A stretch of DNA of 33,884 bases from Acidimicrobiia bacterium (GCA_029210695.1 JARGFH010000040.1:1-33884), one strand, 5' to 3'. Counted from the first letter of the stretch, positions 1 through 8,192 are shown. Notes: generated from the sequence alone by a model not told the origin. Program-made: numbers and translations.

Positions 1-77
1 ACTCTTTGTCGGATCTGTCAACAGTCACAGCCGGCAGCAGGGTGCCCGGTGTGCCGTCAAAAATCGGGGGGCCACCC
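1..77. repeat. Terminal direct repeat, left copy (circular assembly overlap)
   Basis: Bases 1-77 are identical to 33808-33884. 77 is a common assembler k-mer, and an ORF reads through the junction. Confidence 0.95.
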
Positions 78-127
78 CGAACGGGGGGCCGCAAATCATG
101 TGTCGTCACCTTCCAACCCTCAATCAT
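1..127 (-). CDS. N-terminal part of the junction-spanning W/R-D-A/V repeat protein (continues at 33807..33107)
   Basis: ATG at 127 lies directly after the TAA (130-128) of the upstream gene. MIEGWKVTTHDLRPPVRGGPPIFDGTGPTLLPAV reads in frame into TVDRSDKECAEGWNF of ORF 33107..33835. Confidence 0.85.
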   Translation of the reverse strand, partial: MIEGWKVTTHDLRPPVRGGPPIFDGTPGTLLPAVTVDRSDKE

Positions 128-559
128 TTATGGCCTCCCTGAAATCAGCTGCCACACCAACGCTGCCGTGTCTGCGTCTTCCCGTACCGTCTGTTCGGCT
201 TCGGTTTGGAGCCGACGCAGGTGACGGCCCGACACATTCAGATAGGCGGCCACCACAGTGCGGGGCACCTCGAGATGGTGGCGGGTGATGAATGCCACCA
301 GCCGGCGAGCCCGGAGCGCGGCCGGGGTGCGGGTCCCATCCGACACCGACCCTGCGGATGTGCCACACAACATGGCAATCCGGGCGGCCAGGTCTGCGAA
401 GAGTGGGTCGGGGACCGGAAGTATAGTCCCCGACCCACGGCAGGAACCGGGGATACGGGGACCCGGTGGGAGGCCTGCCAAGACTGCCTGTTGTCGGGCT
501 GGGAGACCGCCACTTCCCGAAACGGCCCCCCTTGGCCCAACCCTTGTCGCCTGTGTCAC
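128..559 (-). CDS. HTH protein with a DnaA C-terminal-like domain
   Basis: C-terminal RTPAALRARRLVAFITRHHLEVPRTVVAAYLNVSGRHLRR resembles DnaA domain IV. GTG at 559 overlaps the upstream TGA (GTGA); start uncertain. Confidence 0.6.
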   Translation of the reverse strand: MTQATRVGPRGAVSGSGGLPARQQAVLAGLPPGPRIPGSCRGSGTILPVPDPLFADLAARIAMLCGTSAGSVSDGTRTPAALRARRLVAFITRHHLEVPRTVVAAYLNVSGRHLRRLQTEAEQTVREDADTAALVWQLISGRP

Positions 560-858
560 TGGTTTCTGACCGCGCAGTGGAGACATGCCAACCCCAACAC
601 GGTGCGACGAAACACACCAACCCGATTGCTGTCACCACAGACCGGGCAACGAGCTGGACCCGCCAGGTTTTCGGGTGGGGTAGCAGGCGCTGGTGCCGGT
701 ACAGGGGGAGACGGAGAACCTCCATTACTTGCCTGGCCGGCAACTCCCACCCCACCCGAAACCGTCGGTTCTGCACCCACCACCGGAAGTACCACACCGG
801 TGGACCCGCTACGACGAGAAGGAAAAACGGGTATGGATAGGTGCAGAACCGACATCAT
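556..858 (-). CDS. Hypothetical protein with C-terminal Zn-ribbon
   Basis: CPVC...CLHC motifs; ATGA and GTGA overlaps with both neighbours; GGAGG upstream. Confidence 0.55.
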   Translation of the reverse strand: MMSVLHLSIPVFPSRRSGSTGVVLPVVGAEPTVSGGVGVAGQASNGGSPSPPVPAPAPATPPENLAGPARCPVCGDSNRVGVFRRTVLGLACLHCAVRNQ

Positions 859-1016
859 GAAACCTCCGTATCAAGGCGAAGCCAGGCCGTCAACGACAAC
901 CAGGCGGGAACAACAAACAGCAGAACCGCGCGCAGGTCTCCGAACCAGACGGCAGCGATCAGGAACCCGAACGACAGGCCGGTCGTGGCGTTGAGGAAAC
1001 GGGCCCACCAGGTCAC
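855..1016 (-). CDS. Small membrane protein (53 aa, not in the ORF track)
   Basis: MTWWARFLNATTGLSFGFLIAAVWFGDLRAVLLFVVPAWLSLTAWLRLDTEVS. GTGA overlap with the upstream gene and ATGA overlap with the downstream gene; two hydrophobic segments. Confidence 0.7.
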   Translation of the reverse strand: MTWWARFLNATTGLSFGFLIAAVWFGDLRAVLLFVVPAWLSLTAWLRLDTEVS

Positions 1017-1231
1017 GACGCCACCTCGGAAGGCTCCTCGAGATCAGCACACCAACGTCGGACGGTCGAAGCAGTGACTGCCACAGCACCCTGGGTTATG
1101 AGGTGGAGATCTTGGGACATCGACTCGTAGGAGGAGCCGTTGTGACGGGATTCACGGAGGAATCTTTCTAGTGTGGTATCTGCATCTTTGACGAGCAGGC
1201 GATCCACCATTTTGCGAAGGTCGTGTGCCAT
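1013..1231 (-). CDS. Cro-like HTH regulator, first gene of the early operon
   Basis: 72 aa, divergent from the repressor; HTH-like SYESMSQDL...VTASTVRRW; ATG at 1231 is 7 nt downstream of a -10 box. Confidence 0.7.
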   Translation of the reverse strand: MAHDLRKMVDRLLVKDADTTLERFLRESRHNGSSYESMSQDLHLITQGAVAVTASTVRRWCADLEEPSEVAS

Positions 1232-1238
1232 GGGGCGG

Positions 1239-1267
1239 ATTATTGTATATACGAGCGGAAAAGTCAA
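1239..1267 (-). promoter_or_regulatory. Early lytic promoter (sigma70/SigA type), probably leaderless
   Basis: TTGACT-N17-AATAAT, then 7 nt to the ATG at 1231; no SD. Confidence 0.65.
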
Positions 1268-1299
1268 GCAGAGTGCGCGCCACTATCTGGTGTGTTGTG

Positions 1300-1328
1300 T
1301 TGCGCGTTCACTGCGTATGAGATACCGT
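1300..1328 (+). promoter_or_regulatory. Repressor promoter, probably leaderless
   Basis: TTGCGC-N17-TACCGT, then 7 nt to the ATG at 1336. Confidence 0.5.
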
Positions 1329-1335
1329 ATGGAAC

Positions 1336-1734
1336 ATGGATACCGACTGGACACCACAAAGAGGGGTCAAGACAGGTCGGCTATGGATGCATCACAGCCA
1401 AGAGGATCTGGCGAGAGCACTGCAGAACACGACCGGCGACAGATGGACTCGTGGAATGATCCAAGCCCTCGAGTCGGGTCGAAAGCATCTCACCATCGAG
1501 ATCGCCATGGCCATATCGGACATCCAAAGGCTCTCGCTTGACTTCTACGCCTATGGGCCCGCTGCTAGCGTTGCCTCCGGAAGCCGATCTGTTTCAGATC
1601 GCGCTATTCCGGGGTATCACCAACTCCCTGCTCAGGGAGAGTTCTCCTTCACTGGCTCCAACACTATGGCTCTCCCGTTCCCTCAAAGTGAACAGCCGGA
1701 CGAGATTCGTGAAGAGGTGCTCCTCGTTTCCTAA
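1336..1734 (+). CDS. Immunity repressor (XRE-family HTH)
   Basis: SQEDLARAL...WTRGMIQALESGRKHLTIE HTH pattern; divergent from the cro-like gene and upstream of the integrase. Confidence 0.8.
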   Translation: MDTDWTPQRGVKTGRLWMHHSQEDLARALQNTTGDRWTRGMIQALESGRKHLTIEIAMAISDIQRLSLDFYAYGPAASVASGSRSVSDRAIPGYHQLPAQGEFSFTGSNTMALPFPQSEQPDEIREEVLLVS

Positions 1735-1783
1735 AGCAAATCCGTTTTTTTCCGATAGTTGTGGAGTCAAGGACAGAACGACC

Positions 1784-2632
1784 ATGGGGCGGCCACCTGG
1801 GCGGGGAGAAGAGTTATGGATGTCATATGGGGACTTCCGCGAGTACCTGGCCAGGGACGGACTCTCAATCAAAACGATCCGCATCTACCTCTACCGCCTC
1901 GCCCAAATCGAGGACTGGTGCAAGTTCATTGGCAGCAACATCAACGAGCTCACAGCACTCGAGCTCGCCCGATATGTCGACTCCACACCCAACTCCACCT
2001 CGACCCGGCGGCACATACAATCCACACTGACACGCTATTGGGCCATGACCGGCCGGACCGACCCGCCAGTCGGCGCCGTACGGGTACCACCAAAACCGTA
2101 CATGGTATGCCGAGCTCTCGAAGAAGACGGAGCGCGGAGACTCGCCCAAGTCGCACAAGGATGGTGGCCACAAGGGACTGCCGTGCTGATGGCGATGTAC
2201 TTGGCGATGCGTCGGGAAGAGATAGCAGAGGCGCGGTGGGATCGGTTCGATGGGAATCGGGAGTGGTATACGGTGCAGGGGAAGGGTTCGGTTGTGGCCA
2301 CATTGCCTGTGCATCCAGCGTTACGCCGGGAGCTCATCGGTCGACAGAACGGGACGGCCTATGTTTTCGAGGGGTTGGGAGCTCGTGATCATGTCGCGCC
2401 GGGAACGGTTTGGACGTGGGTGCGTCAGGTCGCGGAAGAGGCCGGGCTTGGAACGATCAGCCCACACGTGCTTCGTCATACGGCGTTGGCGACTGCCAAC
2501 GACCGGACCGGGAACCTGCGGGCAGTTCAAACGTTCGCACGGCATGCCCGACCTGAAACAACAGCCGGCTACACCCGCACCACCGCGGCACGGCTTCAAG
2601 AGGTAATGTTCGCTTTGGACTATCTGGAATGA
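1784..2632 (+). CDS. int: Tyrosine integrase lacking an N-terminal arm-binding domain
   Basis: Catalytic R (MRREE), K (VQGKG), HxxR (HVLRH), H (FARHA), Y (TTAGY). Start is ATG 1784 or 1820. Confidence 0.9.
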   Translation: MGRPPGRGEELWMSYGDFREYLARDGLSIKTIRIYLYRLAQIEDWCKFIGSNINELTALELARYVDSTPNSTSTRRHIQSTLTRYWAMTGRTDPPVGAVRVPPKPYMVCRALEEDGARRLAQVAQGWWPQGTAVLMAMYLAMRREEIAEARWDRFDGNREWYTVQGKGSVVATLPVHPALRRELIGRQNGTAYVFEGLGARDHVAPGTVWTWVRQVAEEAGLGTISPHVLRHTALATANDRTGNLRAVQTFARHARPETTAGYTRTTAARLQEVMFALDYLE

Positions 2633-2639
2633 GGAGATT

Positions 2640-3404
2640 GTGATGGACTGGTGGAGGACCCTGAAACGGTGGCAGAAGGTGTTGCTGGTGGTGGTTGTGC
2701 TGATTGTGTTGGTCGCGGTGATACCCGGCTCCGGAGACGACAATCCACAGGCTGGGACTGCTACGACAAGCCCGCCGACAAGCCCCGACACCACCGGTGT
2801 GTTGTCGACCGGCCCGACAGTCACAACAACATTACAGACAACAACCACAGTCCCGGCGACCACCACAACCAGCCAGCCGGTCACCTTTGAACCGTTCACC
2901 CTGTCCGGATCCGGAGACGACATCGTCGACCTCCAAGTCCCGAACGACCTGCCAGCCATTCTGAACATCTCCTCGTCAGGAACCAGCAACATTGCCGTGC
3001 TCTCCTACGACCAGGCCGGTGGCCGGCTTGACCTGCTCGTCAACGAAATCGGCGTGTACCAGGGTGCACGACCGGTCAACCTGTACACAGACGAGCTCGT
3101 CGCCGAACTGGAGATCACAGCATCCGGAGCATGGGAAATCCTCGTCAACCCAATCCTGGCAGCCCCCGTCTACAACGGTGACCTGTCAGGCACCGGTGAT
3201 GCTGTGATCCTGGTCGGTGCCGTTTCTGGTCGGCTTCATGCCACTCACAACGGTTCAAGCAACTTTGCTGTTCTCTCCCACGGGACAGATCGGGATCTCC
3301 TCATCAACGAAATCGGTGTGTACGAAGGGACGGTCCGATTGGACGACGGAGCGCTGCTTATCGAGATCGAAGCAGACGGCGCCTGGACCCTCACCGAAGG
3401 TTAA
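2640..3404 (+). CDS. Membrane-anchored surface protein (possible superinfection exclusion or lysogenic conversion)
   Basis: N-terminal TM helix, Thr/Pro-rich linker, two repeated beta domains (LLVNEIGVYQG / LLINEIGVYEG); GAGGAG SD; in the lysogeny operon. Confidence 0.75.
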   Translation: MMDWWRTLKRWQKVLLVVVVLIVLVAVIPGSGDDNPQAGTATTSPPTSPDTTGVLSTGPTVTTTLQTTTTVPATTTTSQPVTFEPFTLSGSGDDIVDLQVPNDLPAILNISSSGTSNIAVLSYDQAGGRLDLLVNEIGVYQGARPVNLYTDELVAELEITASGAWEILVNPILAAPVYNGDLSGTGDAVILVGAVSGRLHATHNGSSNFAVLSHGTDRDLLINEIGVYEGTVRLDDGALLIEIEADGAWTLTEG

Positions 3405-3428
3405 CCCCGAGGAGCCTTCCAGGACGCG

Positions 3429-3462
3429 GAGAAGCCCCCCACCTCCAGGTGGGGGGCTTCTC
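3429..3462. terminator. Bidirectional terminator hairpin
   Basis: Perfect 16-bp inverted repeat GAGAAGCCCCCCACCT-cc-AGGTGGGGGGCTTCTC between convergent operons. Confidence 0.8.
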
Positions 3463-3482
3463 TGTGGAGGATGGGTGTTAGG

Positions 3483-3692
3483 TCAGGTCTTGGTGGTGTC
3501 GTACTCCGGTACCGGCCAGATACGGGTAAATACCGGCCACTTCTTCCCAAGCCAGCTCGACGCCAGATTGAGCACTCCGGCTGCCAGTCCGGTGAACACG
3601 ACGGTGAGTGCCCCCTCATCAATGGCGATGCCTTTGGCGGCAGCCCAGGCCACTATTGCGGCCACCACGGTCTTGATTGCGGATCGGATCAT
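3483..3692 (-). CDS. Holin-like membrane protein
   Basis: 69 aa, two TM segments, AAAGGAG SD, last gene of the lysis cassette; may extend upstream to a CTG at 3845. Confidence 0.7.
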   Translation of the reverse strand: MIRSAIKTVVAAIVAWAAAKGIAIDEGALTVVFTGLAAGVLNLASSWLGKKWPVFTRIWPVPEYDTTKT

Positions 3693-3841
3693 CGGAAAGG
3701 CTCCTTTCGGGACAGGTTTGGGTAGGTCCTGGTAAGGGTGGTAAAACGTCACAGTATGAAACCTCCGTCGGTGGGATGGCCGGTAGGCGATTAGAACCCC
3801 TTCGAACAGGAGAACGGCAGTGACAAGGACGGCCAGGCCGG

Positions 3842-4213
3842 TCAGATGCCCGTCCCGGTTGGTGGGTCGAAGGTGATGTCGGATCGTCGGCTGCGTGAAG
3901 CCGGATCACGGACAAGATGCTGTTCCAACTGTCGGGTGATGTTGTCCTGCCCGAGCTCGAGGCGGGTGATCCGGTCGACCAAGGTGAGGCCGCCATTGGG
4001 TGTGAACTCTTCTGCGATGCTCATCAGCACTGGGAGTGCCTCTGGCAGGTCACGAGTGTGTGCAGCGATACCGGCCAGCAGGTCGGCGGCATGCACCAGG
4101 GCGCGCAGCCCTCTCCAGGCGGGAATAACCCCTTTCTGCCAGGCCAACCCCAACACAGCCAGGAAGGCAGCACCAGCAGCAAGCTGGGTGGCAAAATGGT
4201 CCAGCCAGTTCAC
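3842..4213 (-). CDS. Lysis-cassette membrane protein
   Basis: N-terminal TM and EFTPNGG...VDRITRLE motif typical of actinophage post-lysin membrane proteins; GTGA overlap with the lysin. Confidence 0.7.
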   Translation of the reverse strand: MNWLDHFATQLAAGAAFLAVLGLAWQKGVIPAWRGLRALVHAADLLAGIAAHTRDLPEALPVLMSIAEEFTPNGGLTLVDRITRLELGQDNITRQLEQHLVRDPASRSRRSDITFDPPTGTGI

Positions 4214-5079
4214 AGGACAGCTTTCATCTTGGCGAGGGTTTGAAGTGCCCGTTCGGCGAGTGCTTTAGCAGCGGCGGCGTCGTTGATGGCCTGCCCGATC
4301 TGATCGTTGACACCATCTGACGTGTTGATGTCTGCGGTCAAAGCAATGTTGGCTGCGACTGTGGTCGGGTCGGCACCGGACACACCAACCCGACCGGCCA
4401 AAGCCCGGTAGGCGTCCAACACGTAAGGCAAAGAGCGGGCGTTGCCACCACCAGTAGTGACCCGTTCGTACAGTTCAACAATGAACTCTTCCTGAACAGG
4501 GGTGAGCATAGGGTCCTCCAAACTGGTGAGAAAACGGGTCCACGGAAAATCGGGGCCCGGGTCTCTCCGACGGTCAGGGTCGAGGCGACTGTGATCAATG
4601 AACCCGAACCTGCCGGCGTCAGCCTCGGTTTTGGTCAACCGGACGGGTGGTATCCCCAGTGCCACCCACCGGAGTCCGGGGTTGCGAAGCAAAGTAAGGG
4701 TTTGGTTGGTCCACCAGTCGGGAGCGGCCGCCCATTCCAGATAGTCGGTGGAGATCTCCACCCCGACCGCACACCGGTTGTAGCCGTGGACATGAAACCC
4801 GGTGAAGTCGTCGGGCAGCATCTCAATATGACTGTCGGAATCGATGGTGTCATGCCACGACACCGGGCGGGTGGTGGTGGCTGCGTAGTTGGCGACGTTC
4901 TCCGCGCCGGTGTCGGGTGGGTTGTAGTCGGGCAGTTGGGTGGTGACATGCACAACAGCCAAATGCGGGCCTGCAATCCCATGCCGGCAGACTCTGCGGG
5001 TGGGGTAGTACCAGCCACGCAGACCGTTGTCCCGAACCGGCGCGTTGAGGTTGGGATGGTCAAGCAGGTAAAACCCCAT
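4210..5079 (-). CDS. Endolysin, N-acetylmuramoyl-L-alanine amidase (Amidase_2-like)
   Basis: AVVHVT, SWHDTID, FHVHGYN..VGVEI, IDH...RRDPGPDFPW zinc-amidase motifs. Confidence 0.9.
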   Translation of the reverse strand: MGFYLLDHPNLNAPVRDNGLRGWYYPTRRVCRHGIAGPHLAVVHVTTQLPDYNPPDTGAENVANYAATTTRPVSWHDTIDSDSHIEMLPDDFTGFHVHGYNRCAVGVEISTDYLEWAAAPDWWTNQTLTLLRNPGLRWVALGIPPVRLTKTEADAGRFGFIDHSRLDPDRRRDPGPDFPWTRFLTSLEDPMLTPVQEEFIVELYERVTTGGGNARSLPYVLDAYRALAGRVGVSGADPTTVAANIALTADINTSDGVNDQIGQAINDAAAAKALAERALQTLAKMKAVL

Positions 5080-5099
5080 TGATGTGTCACCCTTTCGAC

Positions 5100-5903
5100 T
5101 TAGAAGGTTCTGGAGGCGATGAGTGGACGGCGGGGGTACACGTCGAGGAAATCGGCACCGGACGTGCGGCGGGCTTCCAGGTAGATGTCAAGGCCTGACC
5201 CTGCCCACAGTCCAGCGAGACTGCCGTTGAGGGTCACCCCGAACAGGCCACCTCCCAACAGTCCGGTCACACCGGTGATCGTATCGATGACACCACCCGC
5301 CCCTGTTGACCCGTAGGTGGGCCAAGCCCAGATCCGCAGGTCGGCGACTGTTGTGTCCCCCCACGAACAGTCAACGGTGACTTCAACTTCGTTGACGTTG
5401 TCTGAGTTGGGATACCAGTGGGCCAAAGTCACGTAACTGGCCGATGTGGTGGTTTGTAGAGTCGGATCGACTGCCATGACCCGTTCCCCGAACGATGACA
5501 GTTGGGCAGACGACCATAAGGTTGATCCGGCCGTGTTGAAAATGTCGAGACTGACACTGTCAATTTCGACGAGCACGTTCCCGGAGGCGTCGTAGAACCG
5601 CAAACCTGTTTGAGTGAACTCGGCGAGCCGTGTCCCCGCCGAGTTGTTGAGTCGGATCCCCGTCCCGTCAATCAAGACGAGGGTCGAACCGTCCGCCTCG
5701 AAAACTTCCACGCCATCAGAGTCGAGTTCGGTGAGGACGTTGCCCGACGAATCGAGGACCTGGATTTTCCCGCCGTCGGTGACAGTGATTCCACCTGCAC
5801 CGATTGAAGCCCGCTCGAGACGGGCGGCCAGTTCCAAAGTGCGGACCCGTCTATCGAGTTCGGCAAGTCGGTTGGCTTCAGGAAACCAGGAAGGACCAGG
5901 CAC
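5100..5903 (-). CDS. Minor tail protein (fiber/spike-like)
   Basis: N-terminal coiled coil (LAELDRRVRTLE), repeated G-I/L-x-F/L-x-D/N-x-x-G beta motifs; tail-distal position. Confidence 0.75.
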   Translation of the reverse strand: MPGPSWFPEANRLAELDRRVRTLELAARLERASIGAGGITVTDGGKIQVLDSSGNVLTELDSDGVEVFEADGSTLVLIDGTGIRLNNSAGTRLAEFTQTGLRFYDASGNVLVEIDSVSLDIFNTAGSTLWSSAQLSSFGERVMAVDPTLQTTTSASYVTLAHWYPNSDNVNEVEVTVDCSWGDTTVADLRIWAWPTYGSTGAGGVIDTITGVTGLLGGGLFGVTLNGSLAGLWAGSGLDIYLEARRTSGADFLDVYPRRPLIASRTF

Positions 5904-5911
5904 ATGTTCTC

Positions 5912-6991
5912 CTAGAGGGGGGTCAGGTAAAGGACTGCCTGTTCACGGCCACGTTTCCATTCGATGTCGATTCCAATGACCTGTTGGAACTCGTCGACTG
6001 GTTGGTAGGGGGACGGCCAGATGACCCGAATTTCGTCGTCGAGACTGTACGACCCAAACGGTGGATCGATGGTGTCGACTGTGATCGCGATCAGATTAGG
6101 CACGTTTTTCCAGGCGGCTAGTTCTGCCCTCACATGATCTTGGAGACTGGTGGAAACCGTGATGTCTTTGTTGATGTAGGGGCGTTGGGTGAGCCCGTAT
6201 GTGGAGGTGGCGGTCGAGTCTTGCAGTTGGAAAGCGAGCATCCCGCCTTGCCCTCCGGAGCCGGAGGGGGCGCCTTCACCGGCCCCTACCCCAAGTATTT
6301 GTGAGGCTTGTTGAGTGGCGTCGATTTGACGGGTGAAGCTGCGAATGTTGCGAATGTCGAAGATGATGTCGGGGCGGCGTCGTCCCCGCCGCGGGTAGGA
6401 GGGGACGAACGCCCGGTCGGATGGCCGGAATTGAAAATCGAAACCGTCATTGACGTCGGCCAGTTCAACAAGAGCATCGAAGATGTTTTTGTGTTCGTAC
6501 CCTGGGTAGAGGCGGGTGCGGGTGCGTCCCGACCCGGATGTGAACCCTTTCACAATGCCGAAGTCGCCGCCTGCTTTCTGCTGGTGGTGGTTGATCAACG
6601 TCCAGGCAATATCAAACTGGTCGTCGACTGTGTCGGTGAAGGAGAGGGTGGAGGTGACATACCATTTGCGCAGGTAGGCCATCAACCCTTCCGCCCCGAA
6701 CTCGACAGACCGTTTCTTGGCGCTCTGCCTCTCGACAACAGTCAACAGAGGGCCAACCCAGACGGGTTCACTGTTGCGTCGGATCACAACCTCATGAGCT
6801 CCGGCCGTAAGGTTCGAGACCGACGTTTTGGGATGGTCGGGGGACAGTCGGAACGTGCATGCTCCCGGCCGGTTGTGACGCCATCCGTAACGGATAATCT
6901 CTGCTGGGAACTCTTCACCGATTGGACCACCCCCGCGGGGTTGGGTGGCCAGAGTGGTGACAGCACTTTGCGGTTGGGTGGCCGGGGGGAT
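5912..6991 (-). CDS. Minor tail / baseplate hub protein (ReqiPepy6 Gp37-like); start codon non-canonical or uncertain
   Basis: Frame is open from 7135 to 5912. The family-like N-terminus (HNRPGACTFRLSPDHPK...HEVVIRRN..VWVG) lies upstream of the first canonical start (GTG 6787). GAGGAG sits 6 nt before an in-frame ATC at 6991. Confidence 0.75.
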   Translation of the reverse strand: MPPATQPQSAVTTLATQPRGGGPIGEEFPAEIIRYGWRHNRPGACTFRLSPDHPKTSVSNLTAGAHEVVIRRNSEPVWVGPLLTVVERQSAKKRSVEFGAEGLMAYLRKWYVTSTLSFTDTVDDQFDIAWTLINHHQQKAGGDFGIVKGFTSGSGRTRTRLYPGYEHKNIFDALVELADVNDGFDFQFRPSDRAFVPSYPRRGRRRPDIIFDIRNIRSFTRQIDATQQASQILGVGAGEGAPSGSGGQGGMLAFQLQDSTATSTYGLTQRPYINKDITVSTSLQDHVRAELAAWKNVPNLIAITVDTIDPPFGSYSLDDEIRVIWPSPYQPVDEFQQVIGIDIEWKRGREQAVLYLTPL

Positions 6992-7011
6992 GACATACTC
7001 CTCAAATGTTG

Positions 7012-8178
7012 TTAGGCGTACAAGTCGACGATGACGATACCTTGCCCACCGGCGCCACCAGCTTTGGCTGTGCCCTGCGACGCCAGGTTGGCGCCTCCAG
7101 ACCCGCCTGCGCCATACCCTGACGCGACGGCGCCGTTACTGGAAATTTGCTGCGACTGGCCGGTGCCTGTATCACCCAGCAGGCTCGACCCCCCTATCCC
7201 GCTTTTAAGCAGTTGCGAAAACCCGAACACCGAGAACCCGCCGCCACCGCCCGCTGTTTGGAAGTCGCCCGCCGATCCTTGCCCACCGGCACCACCCAAC
7301 GTGGCAGCAGGTCCGACCAACGACGGACCCGAAGATCCGCCGCCACCGCCTGACGCGATAGCAAGTGTGCCGAACGACGACGCTCCACCGGCTCCACCCG
7401 TCGCTCCGGCACTACCGACACCGCCGGCACCCACTGTCACTGTCTCGGACGCGCTCAAAGCACTGGCGGCGGTGGCGGTGTCGGCATATCCACCACCACC
7501 GCCACCGCCCCCAGCAGCGAACTGTCCAGCCGCCGTTATTGCCGCGCCACCACCGGCACCACCGCCACCCTGCACCCTCACACGAACCTTTTTCAGCCAC
7601 GGATAATCCGCTTTCGTAAACGTGCCTGATGATGTGAACTGGACTGTTTGAACGTGTTCACCCCGGATGGGTGCCTCATACCGGTTGTCGGTGATGTTTC
7701 CGTTGACGATGGCGGTGGTGGCGGCTGCCACGTCAACTGTGGCCAACAGCAAAGCCCCGTCAGGGAGCGTTGGGGCTGTCGGGGCGGCGGCTGGGGTGCC
7801 TTGGATCAGTTCGACGTCTGCATAGGAGTTGCCGGACGAGTCGAATGTGTCGTCGTAGATTCGGGCGATGACAATGTCTTTGCGCGGGTTGGTCGGGTCA
7901 GAAGCCGGAACTGCCAGCACTTGACTGGCGTTTTGATGTTCGATCACGTAGACGCCTTGCCCGGCTAGATCACCTGCCACCACAGCCCGGTCGTAGGCAG
8001 TACCTGATCCGACTTTGACGTTCATGTCGGTACCCAAGTTTTGGGCGACTTTGAAACTGAGGCCGGCGACGTCGACTACCCCTTCAGTTAGGAGGACACT
8101 GTTGATGAGCCGGTCGATCACCGCCGGTAGTGACTCCAACTGGATAGCCCGGGTTTTGATTGTTGCGGTGGCAGCCAT
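7012..8178 (-). CDS. Minor tail protein with glycine-rich C-terminal domain
   Basis: ASDPTNPRKDIVIARIYD N-terminal tail motif plus FTSSGTFT...GGGGAGG Gly-rich domain. Confidence 0.85.
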   Translation of the reverse strand: MAATATIKTRAIQLESLPAVIDRLINSVLLTEGVVDVAGLSFKVAQNLGTDMNVKVGSGTAYDRAVVAGDLAGQGVYVIEHQNASQVLAVPASDPTNPRKDIVIARIYDDTFDSSGNSYADVELIQGTPAAAPTAPTLPDGALLLATVDVAAATTAIVNGNITDNRYEAPIRGEHVQTVQFTSSGTFTKADYPWLKKVRVRVQGGGGAGGGAAITAAGQFAAGGGGGGGGYADTATAASALSASETVTVGAGGVGSAGATGGAGGASSFGTLAIASGGGGGSSGPSLVGPAATLGGAGGQGSAGDFQTAGGGGGFSVFGFSQLLKSGIGGSSLLGDTGTGQSQQISSNGAVASGYGAGGSGGANLASQGTAKAGGAGGQGIVIVDLYA

Positions 8179-8192
8179 TCAATCCTCCAAAA

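Noticed and set aside
1538..1783. N-terminal extension of the integrase given by the ORF track
   Set aside because: Overlaps about 200 nt of the repressor; starts at 1784 or 1820 fit the domain boundary better.
3760..3840. tRNA fragment or attP near TTAGAACCCCTTCGAAC
   Set aside because: No cloverleaf or proper T-arm could be built; I found no tRNA gene anywhere in the window.
6784..7005. 73-aa ORF as an independent tail gene
   Set aside because: The overlapping alternative frame carries the recognisable tail-protein N-terminus.
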